A stretch of DNA of 32,000 bases from Sinorhizobium meliloti (GTDB lineage Bacteria > Pseudomonadota > Alphaproteobacteria > Rhizobiales > Rhizobiaceae), in the NCBI RefSeq assembly GCF_017876815.1, contig NZ_JAGIOS010000002.1, positions 420,001 through 452,000 of the forward strand, in the 5' to 3' direction. Each line of letters begins with the position of its first letter. The first letter of the stretch is position 1. A model generated the notes under the pieces. The model made no database searches. It was not told where the DNA came from and was given only the letters and a program-made list of their open reading frames with translations. A program made the translations under genes and the position numbers. Shown piece by piece: positions 19,466 through 25,440 of the stretch.

Positions 19466-19848
19466 GAAGCACGGGGTGGTCTGGCGTTAAGGAGTTGGGA
19501 AACGGCCGTTAACAGCTGCGATGAGGTAAACGGCTTTTCAATCATAATGCTGTTCGGGACACCTTTCGACGCCCAGTCCACAGCGCCGTGGCCGCTGATG
19601 TAAACGACCGGTATGTCAGGGTCGATCTCGCGGGCAACACGCGCCACTTCCCAGCCATCCGGGTATTCGCCAAACCGAATGTCGGTAACCACTCCATCGA
19701 TTGGGGCGTTTGCAGCCCTGAGAATCTCTATCGCTTTCCCGCCCCTCGTGACCGCTGTCACATGAAATCCCGCATCGGCGAGCGCGACCTCGAAATCCAT
19801 GAGCAGCAGCGCTTCATCGTCAGCGAGCAATATTGTAACCGCTTCCAT
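19438..19848 (-). CDS. Single-domain response regulator (CheY-like receiver only)
   Basis: MEAVTILLADDEALLLMDFE...GVVTDIRF...VVYISGHG...IEKPF carries the acidic pocket DD, a phospho-acceptor Asp and the conserved Lys. There is no output domain. Confidence 0.8.
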   Translation of the reverse strand: MEAVTILLADDEALLLMDFEVALADAGFHVTAVTRGGKAIEILRAANAPIDGVVTDIRFGEYPDGWEVARVAREIDPDIPVVYISGHGAVDWASKGVPNSIMIEKPFTSSQLLTAVSQLLNARPPRASQHDAGDTG

Positions 19849-19877
19849 AACTATTCCCGTACGGCTGAATCGCACTG

Positions 19878-19903
19878 AACGTGCGGGCATGGTGTATGGT
19901 TCC
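19878..19903 (-). promoter_or_regulatory. EcfG/RpoE2-type promoter (GGAAC-N17-CGTT) upstream of the response regulator
   Basis: The minus strand reads GGAAC (19903-19899), 17 nt, then CGTT (19881-19878). This is 30 nt upstream of ATG 19848. Confidence 0.6.
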
Positions 19904-20006
19904 CCAGAAACTTCATCGCTTTTTCCCACTACCGCTGTGGCCCAACCGGCGTCCAAGTCCGGAAGCTCACGCGCCGTGCCGTGTTGATCGGGCAAGGAGA
20001 CAGGCC

Positions 20007-20150
20007 ATGGCCGACGCGCAAAAGATGAAGAAGCTGACGAGAGCGGCGTAACGGAACACCAGCTGCAGCAGCGGCTCATGACCCGTCTTGGCCGCCAGCA
20101 GGCAAAGGAAGCGCTGGTGGCCGGCTGGCGACGACACTACACGCCCAACG
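20007..20150 (+). pseudogene. Degenerate member of the small-protein family (paralog of 20495-20773 and 24257-24493)
   Basis: MADAQKMKKLTRAA then a stop. Another frame continues TEHQLQQRLMTRLGRQQAKEALVAGW, homologous to ISEHELLQMLIARLHGRQAKEALGDDW. Confidence 0.35.
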
Positions 20151-20165
20151 GAATGCTGCAGCCTT

Positions 20166-20190
20166 GGAACAAAGTGGCACGAGATGCGTT
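20166..20190 (+). promoter_or_regulatory. EcfG/RpoE2-type promoter (GGAAC-N16-CGTT), sRNA module copy 1
   Basis: GGAAC at 20166-20170 and CGTT at 20187-20190. It is nearly identical to 23856-23880. Confidence 0.6.
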
Positions 20191-20195
20191 ACCGT

Positions 20196-20277
20196 GTCGC
20201 CGCGCTCTCTGCGGCACAGGTCGCCAACCTGTTTAGCAGTGCCCGTGTCGTCCCCGCGCGCGGGCATTCGCTTTTTA
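20196..20277 (+). ncRNA. Candidate GSR-dependent small RNA, copy 1 (5' end estimated)
   Basis: No start codon or RBS. Hairpins at 20199-20215 and at CAGGT-cgcca-ACCTG (20217-20231). The terminator stem is 20239-20247/20259-20267, followed by T5 at 20272-20276. Confidence 0.5.
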
Positions 20278-20494
20278 GCCCGGCCCTGGATGACGTTCCT
20301 GCAGCGGACACCGGCATCTTCGCAGCGCCGGTAATCCTTAAGAGCTAGGCGCGGAACCAACGTTATGCCAGCAAGTTGTGCACTCAAGTACGACAGCCCG
20401 GAGTGTCATGTTCTGGTCCTGAACGGGCTGTCTCGGACAGAACAAGCCCCGCCACAGCGCGGGGTTTGCTGTTCAAAAGGGAGTGTCCATTGAG

Positions 20495-20773
20495 ATGAGT
20501 GCAGAAAAGATGAGAAAGCTGATCCAGGACTGCCAGAGAGACATCGCCGCGTACCTTCCGCCGGAGAGCGGCATTTCGGAGCGCCAGCTGCTCCAGCAGT
20601 TGTCTAGCCGCCTCGACGGGCAGCAGGCGCAGGATGCGCTGGGAGATGGCTGGCAAGGCTGGTTGCCCGATGACGAAGACCCAGCCGGCGGTGACGACAT
20701 CAGCGCCGCGGCACCCACGAAGTGGTGGACCGAACCGGAGTTCTTCGGAACGATGTGGAAACTGAGGAGTTAG
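20495..20773 (+). CDS. Small acidic protein, family member B
   Basis: MSAEKMRKLIQDCQRDIAAYLPPESGISERQLLQQLSSRLDGQQAQDALGDGWQGWLPDDEDP... is a paralog of 24257-24493. Confidence 0.55.
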   Translation: MSAEKMRKLIQDCQRDIAAYLPPESGISERQLLQQLSSRLDGQQAQDALGDGWQGWLPDDEDPAGGDDISAAAPTKWWTEPEFFGTMWKLRS

Positions 20774-20894
20774 GCGGTCGCTGGCGAGTTGCGACGCTCA
20801 GCGCGAACTCATGTCGGCTTCTTAGAACTTCCCCTCCAACTGCCGGAGTCGACCTGAGCAGACAGCGCCCTACCTCGCCGGGGGCGCTGCCACT

Positions 20895-21311
20895 TCACTG
20901 CCCCAGCTGGGCGCCGTCGCGCTGGCTGGCCTCGATCCTCTGCAATATTTCTCGCATCACACGTGTATCGGTGGAAAGGCTGTTGAGCGTGTTCTCGACG
21001 GCCTTCATAGAGGTGGCCGCTTCGGCCGCCTGCTTCTCCACCGCCGAGATCCGGAGTTCGTGCTTGTCGAGCTGGCGTAGGGATACCTCCGCCGCAGTCA
21101 GGCGCTTGTCGAGGCGATCGATCGAAGAGGCATGCACTTCCTGGTTCGCACTCAGCCGCTCCCATGTAGCCCCCCAAGCGGCGACACCGCCGGCAAAGCC
21201 TATCAGGATGACGAGGGTGTTGAGGTTATATGCGAACCTCCATTTCGGCGTCGCAACTATCTGTTCGGGTTCCTGTTCAGCCAAGCCCCTGCCCTCGTAA
21301 TACAATGCCAC
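20895..21311 (-). CDS. Membrane-anchored coiled-coil protein
   Basis: 138-aa ORF with one TM (LNTLVILIGFAGGVAAWGATW) and then heptad-like sequence. It has a GTG start. A degraded paralog lies at 28455-28832. Confidence 0.55.
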   Translation of the reverse strand: MALYYEGRGLAEQEPEQIVATPKWRFAYNLNTLVILIGFAGGVAAWGATWERLSANQEVHASSIDRLDKRLTAAEVSLRQLDKHELRISAVEKQAAEAATSMKAVENTLNSLSTDTRVMREILQRIEASQRDGAQLGQ

Positions 21312-21355
21312 GGTGGAAGAGCCGGCCCTTGAGAATGAGAGCCGGCCCGTTGTCG

Positions 21356-21526
21356 TTACTGCGTGTTCTTCGGCGCGATGTAGGTTAGCAGCGCCGGCAG
21401 CCCGATCGTGAGCGCGTAGAGCGCCAGATAGCCGTACCAGGGGGTATTTTCCGGCATGAAGGGAATGCCCGCCGTGCCGGTCAGGGCGCCCCCAGCAGCG
21501 GCGGCGATTGCTTTCGAGATGTTCAT
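21356..21526 (-). CDS. Small membrane protein (56 aa), below the ORF-track cutoff
   Basis: MNISKAIAAAAGGALTGTAGIPFMPENTPWYGYLALYALTIGLPALLTYIAPKNTQ, with a strong RBS AAGGAGAG before ATG 21526. Confidence 0.5.
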   Translation of the reverse strand: MNISKAIAAAAGGALTGTAGIPFMPENTPWYGYLALYALTIGLPALLTYIAPKNTQ

Positions 21527-21538
21527 GAAGGTCTCTCC

Positions 21539-21859
21539 TTATTCTGCGGCTTTGGCTTCGCGCAGGGCGAGGGTGATTGCCGCATAGGCTTCGGCAGCCT
21601 TCACAAGCGCGGTTGCGGCGGTGACGCTGCTGGGGTTCTTGCAGACGACGTCAAGCGCCGACCAGGCCGCAGCCTCGCGGGCAATCGTTCGGGACTTGAT
21701 GTTGCCGGTGCTGGCGACGATCAGGAATGCTGAGTGAGCCGTCGCGGCCGCCGAGCAAACCTGCGGCAGATTCTTCTGGATGGCCGAATCTATCGAGCCG
21801 GTCGTCGTGCAGGAGGCGAGCGAAAGCGCCGCCACCGATGCAAAGATCAGTGAACGCAT
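21539..21859 (-). CDS. Lipoprotein
   Basis: MRSLIFASVAALSLASCTTTG carries a signal peptide with lipobox LASC. The mature part is Ala-rich and helical, with two further Cys. Confidence 0.65.
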   Translation of the reverse strand: MRSLIFASVAALSLASCTTTGSIDSAIQKNLPQVCSAAATAHSAFLIVASTGNIKSRTIAREAAAWSALDVVCKNPSSVTAATALVKAAEAYAAITLALREAKAAE

Positions 21860-21946
21860 GTCTGGTTCCTTTGATGGAGGGTTAAGATCAACGCCCTGGA
21901 GCAAGACTTGCGGGCCAGAGCTAGACAGGACTAGGTTGCCTCGCGC

Positions 21947-22374
21947 TTGACCACCATTCCAGGTATTGGTGCAATTTGCGCCACAGCAATGGAAGCCTTG
22001 GCACCCTCGGCGGCGGCCTTTTCCAAGGGCCGTGATTTTGCGGCGTGTTTCGGGCTTACGCCAAAACAGAACTCGTCCGGAGGCAAGGAGCATCTGGGAA
22101 GGACATCGAAAATGGGCAGCGAGATTTGCGGCGGCTGCTCATCATTGGAGCCACGACCGTCGTCCGTTGGGCGAGGCGACGCGGCGCGCCGGCTGGTACC
22201 TGGCTGGCAAGAATGATTCTGACGAAACCGCCAAAGCTGATTGCAGTCGCTCTGGCCAACAAATTGGCGCGTATCGCCTGGGCTCTCATGGCTCGCGGGG
22301 CGTCTACGAAGATCCGGCCCCTGGCCCTGCCTGATGCAGCAGCCAGAAGTCGCGAGACATCGGGAATGTGGTGA
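21947..22374 (+). pseudogene. IS110-family transposase, 3' remnant with an internal frameshift
   Basis: TIPGIGAICATAMEALAPSAAAFSKGRDFAACFGLTPKQNSSGGKEHLGRTSKMG in one frame. QRDLRRLLIIGATTVVRWA...KLIAVALANKLARIAWALMARG in the next frame. The N-terminal catalytic half is absent. Confidence 0.75.
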
Positions 22375-22599
22375 GGTCTAACGGCGATTATGGGCAATCG
22401 GTCAGGAACGGGATTGGATAAACCAGCAGTGGGATGAGTGCTCAGAAGCAAGTGTAGCCGATTGGGATCCGATCCACGAACTCCATAAAGGCCCGCGGCG
22501 CCTCGATCTCGCCACATGAGGCTGGACAAACGTCAGCGCCTGACCACATGCCTGTACCGAGGTAAGTTTCCGCTTGCATCTTCCGTGGCGTCCACACAC

Positions 22600-22736
22600 G
22601 TGCCCTTCACTTCGTAAGCCCAGTCCGACCCCTTCGGCGGCTTGTCGACCAGCGTCGCAAGGCAGGGATCGACACGCGCCGGCATGGGATCGATTGGAGC
22701 GATATCGCAAGCCTTCTTTGAGGATGCTTTGGCCAT
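22600..22736 (-). pseudogene. 5' fragment of a second ATP-dependent DNA ligase gene
   Basis: MAKASSKKACDIAPIDPMPARVDPCLATLVDKPPKGSDWAYEVK, after which homology ends exactly where KxDGxR should continue. It abuts the IS110 remnant side. Confidence 0.6.
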
Positions 22737-23450
22737 CTAACCATTAACACAGGACCCGGAAAAAGCCGAACTGACTCTTTTGGCTGAGAGAACATATTAG
22801 GAACATTCGGCGGCGATGCGGCGCGCCAGTCCAGGGGCGAAAGGCGCGCATCATGCGAACACTTGAAGATGAGATAGGAACCGGAATTGAAGTCGATCTT
22901 GCGGTAATGCCTTTGCACCAAAGGCGGGCCTGTGCCGGTCTCGACCAGTATCGCGGTCCCGTCGAGGTGCGCGGCGTCCACGAACTCGCTATGGGAGTTG
23001 CCGAATCCTTCGGGGTCTTTGCAATCTTCGATGTCGAGACGGTGTTGCGGTCTCCGGCAATCACACCATTCGTTACGCAGACGCTCTACTCGATCCCGCT
23101 TGAACTGCGGCGGGCCGCCTGCGACCGCGACCGACCAAAAGCAGATAGCGCGCGCAAGGAGATCGCGCGGATAATCTCGGCCGCACTGCTGGCGTGAGCC
23201 ATTGAAGCACGTCGGCGCTTCCTGCCATCCGAATTGGGAAGAGATTTTCGAGCAGCAGTTTGGCGCCGGCCGAGGAGGAGGATCAAGCGGATGAGTGACG
23301 AACATGGCGCGAACCCCACTACGAGACCGGCCGCTATGTCCATTGCTGCGAGCATCCTGGCTGCACGAGATGGGGTGGCTTTGGTTTCACCGTCGGCCGG
23401 TCGGAGCCGAGTTGGTTCTGCTTTGAGCATCGGCCCGAATGGAAAATCGC
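22605..23450. repeat. Diverged direct repeat, copy 2
   Basis: Homologous to 17745-18605. All three gene parts are damaged in this copy. Confidence 0.8.
22853..23197 (+). pseudogene. Truncated copy of repeat-module gene A
   Basis: [39 protein letters not shown]... ends at a TGA created by an ~11-nt deletion relative to copy 1. Confidence 0.5.
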
Positions 23451-23499
23451 GCAGATGCGGTCGAGCGATCAGCGGCCAGATGCAGGCCAACGGCTATAG
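23295..23499 (+). pseudogene. Frameshifted copy of the Zn-ribbon gene
   Basis: The Cys/His motif frame (..YVHCCEHPGCTRWGGFGFTVGRSEPSWFCFEHRPEW..) is separated from the GTG start by a 1-nt insertion (GTGACGAAC-A-TGG). Confidence 0.4.
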
Positions 23500-23566
23500 A
23501 GAAAGCTATATTGGTGAACATTAGCAACTGCTGTAGAATTACCGCAGCCAAACGGAGGGTGAGCAA

Positions 23567-23839
23567 TTGGACGAGCTTCGAAAAGAGGGTTCGCCCGCCG
23601 AGGAAGATAGGCGCGAGTTTTTAAAGGCTTGCGGCCGCTTCGCGGCAGTCACCCCGCCTGCAGTGACCATATTGCTGTCGACCAGCCTCACTTCTGATGC
23701 CATCGCAGCATCCGGCAGCGGCGCCTCCGGGGGAAAGGGCGGCGGCGGGAATAGTGCAAAGGGCGGCAAGGGTGGAAATGGCACGAAGGGCGGTAAAGGA
23801 GGAAATAACGCCAAAGGGAAGGCCAAACCTGGTAAATAA
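23567..23839 (+). CDS. Small secreted protein with a Tat-like signal and a Gly/Lys-rich tail
   Basis: TTG start with GGAGGG 7 nt upstream. DRREFLKACGRFAAVTPPAVTILLS is a twin-arginine signal. The tail reads GSGASGGKGGGGNSAKGGKGGNGTKGGKGGNNAKGKAKPGK. Confidence 0.55.
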   Translation: MDELRKEGSPAEEDRREFLKACGRFAAVTPPAVTILLSTSLTSDAIAASGSGASGGKGGGGNSAKGGKGGNGTKGGKGGNNAKGKAKPGK

Positions 23840-23855
23840 ATGCTGCAGGAAGCCT

Positions 23856-23880
23856 GGAACAAAGTCGCACGAGATGCGTT
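23856..23880 (+). promoter_or_regulatory. EcfG/RpoE2-type promoter (GGAAC-N16-CGTT), sRNA module copy 2
   Basis: GGAAC at 23856-23860 and CGTT at 23877-23880. Confidence 0.6.
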
Positions 23881-23885
23881 ATTCG

Positions 23886-23971
23886 TGGCGCCGCGCATTC
23901 CGCGGCACCAGGTCCCCCAACCTGTTCAGAGTGCCCGCCACCATCCCCTGGTGCGGGCACTCACTCTTTTT
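23886..23971 (+). ncRNA. Candidate GSR-dependent small RNA, copy 2 (5' end estimated)
   Basis: Hairpins at 23887-23909 and at CAGGT-ccccca-ACCTG (23909-23924). A 10-bp terminator stem at 23929-23938/23953-23962 is followed by T5 at 23967-23971. No ORF. Confidence 0.5.
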
Positions 23972-23979
23972 GATATCTT

Positions 23980-24153
23980 CTACTTGCACTGAAGGTAGTC
24001 CATCACCTTATCTCGGTTCGGCCCGGCTTCGCGGATCGCCTCAAGCGCCTTCTGCCGCGTCACCCTCGCCGTTCGCATGAGGTACGCGACCTCGTGCTCC
24101 TGTTCGGACACCAGCTCGCGGTCGCGGCCTCTCTTCTTCGGATTATCTGCCAT
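23980..24153 (-). CDS. Small protein; resembles DUF3606-type proteins from memory
   Basis: MADNPKKRGRDRELVSEQEHEVAYLMRTARVTRQKALEAIREAGPNRDKVMDYLQCK, with RBS GGAGGA before ATG 24153. Confidence 0.6.
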   Translation of the reverse strand: MADNPKKRGRDRELVSEQEHEVAYLMRTARVTRQKALEAIREAGPNRDKVMDYLQCK

Positions 24154-24210
24154 GCTTTCCTCCATCAACATGGATAAAGGATAGGAGCCGACCGGCCGTC
24201 GGCAAGGACT

Positions 24211-24235
24211 GGAACCTCATGCCCGGTGACGTGTT
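24211..24235 (+). promoter_or_regulatory. Near-consensus GSR promoter (GGAAC-N16-TGTT)
   Basis: GGAAC at 24211-24215 and TGTT at 24232-24235, 22 nt before ATG 24257. A homologous degenerate version (GGAAG-N16-TGTT) lies at 19961-19985. Confidence 0.4.
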
Positions 24236-24256
24236 CACCTGCCGAGGAGATGGACC

Positions 24257-24493
24257 ATGGCCGGCAAAGAGAAGATGAAGCAGCTCATTTGGGACTGCCA
24301 GAAGGACATTGCCGCCGACCCGCCGCCGGAGAGCGGCATTTCAGAGCACGAGCTGCTACAGATGCTCATCGCCCGTCTCCATGGTCGCCAGGCGAAGGAA
24401 GCGCTGGGTGATGATTGGCAAGGTTGGGGGCCGGATGACGATGGCGGCGGCGACGGCGGTAGCCCCGTTCGTCAAGACCGAGAGATGGCCTGA
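24257..24493 (+). CDS. Small acidic protein, family member C
   Basis: MAGKEKMKQLIWDCQKDIAADPPPESGISEHELLQMLIARLHGRQAKEALGDDWQGWGPDDDGGG..., with RBS GAGGAG at 24244-24249. Confidence 0.6.
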   Translation: MAGKEKMKQLIWDCQKDIAADPPPESGISEHELLQMLIARLHGRQAKEALGDDWQGWGPDDDGGGDGGSPVRQDREMA

Positions 24494-24658
24494 CACAAAT
24501 AGAGCTGCAGCGGGGGACTGCTGCAGCTCCGATCGCGACGTTTGCCGTCACATAGCTGGGGCGAATTGCCCTGTTCCATTCAAGGGAACCGCTTCGAACG
24601 TCGCTTGCGGATATTTTACTCTCAGCAGAAACGGAATCAAGGGAAAGCGCCTGATTGG

Positions 24659-25091
24659 TCAGCGCCGGTTGTAGCTTATCTCGCGCGCCGCTATCTGGAA
24701 TTCCAACAGACTACCTCGCATCGAGATCCTCTGGTCGAGCTGCGGTTTCCCCAGAAGAGACGCCTTTGTTGTTCCATCGAAGTCGTTGAGACGCGTCTTC
24801 GATGTGGCCCGCGTGTCCAACCGGAACTCGACGAACTTGTTCATAAAGATCCCGGCGACGAAAGCCGCCATAGTCGTGACCGCCCATATGATAGCTGTCA
24901 CCAGAGACGTTCTGCTGGACGTTGAAATTGTGCTGGATGGTAAGGAAGCCGACTAGCAGGTGAAACGCAGTTGCAGCACGGCCGGCGCTCTTTGCCACCG
25001 CGTTACGGGTCGACGTCGTTCGTACACTCCGAAAAAGAGGTCGCCAGGCTGAACCGAGACGCAAAACTTCGGAATTCTCTTTTTGAGGCAT
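24659..25091 (-). other. Two overlapping minus-strand ORFs, possibly one frameshifted two-TM membrane protein
   Basis: Frame Y gives ...AATAFHLLVGFLTIQHNFNVQQNVSG. Frame X continues TAIIWAVTTMAAFVAGIFMNKFVEF... to the stop at 24659. This stretch has lower GC, and the coding status is uncertain. Confidence 0.25.
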
Positions 25092-25440
25092 TTCTTGCCC
25101 GAATGTGGCAGGCGCTTAACCACTTAACCAGAACGGCACACAAAGGTTCTTGAAGCCACCGCCCGTGGCCCGTCGCATTACAGACAAACCCATAAGGGGT
25201 TTGGGATGGCCCCCAGCCCTACACTCCATCTCGATGGAAGGCCCAGGCCCCTCGCCTCGGGCTTTTGTCTGCGGGCTAATCTGCTGGCTCGGTCACCCTC
25301 GACTTTCGCTAGCAAGTATCCCAACAAGTGGTCTAGTCCACCTGTCCGAATTGTGCGCTTTGTTTTTAAGCCTTAAAAGATCCGCTAGTCACTTTGAGCC
25401 TTCTCACGAATTACCGCTCCGCGAAATCTAGAGGGAAGAA

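Noticed and set aside
20863-20889. Hairpin CAGCGCCC..GGGCGCTG just 3' of the 20895-21311 gene
   Set aside because: It could be a terminator between the convergent genes, but it lacks a U-run on either strand, so it is not listed as a feature.
23539-23898. Minus-strand ORF with proline/phenylalanine-rich repeats (LPPFVPFPPLPPF...)
   Set aside because: It is the antisense reading of the Gly/Lys repeat gene. The plus-strand gene has an RBS and a Tat signal, and the minus ORF has neither.
25150-25431. 93-aa plus-strand ORF upstream of the RTX gene, with a weak hairpin plus T-run near 25240-25268
   Set aside because: There is no RBS, the composition is odd, and the hairpin is imperfect. The evidence is insufficient to call a gene or an RNA.
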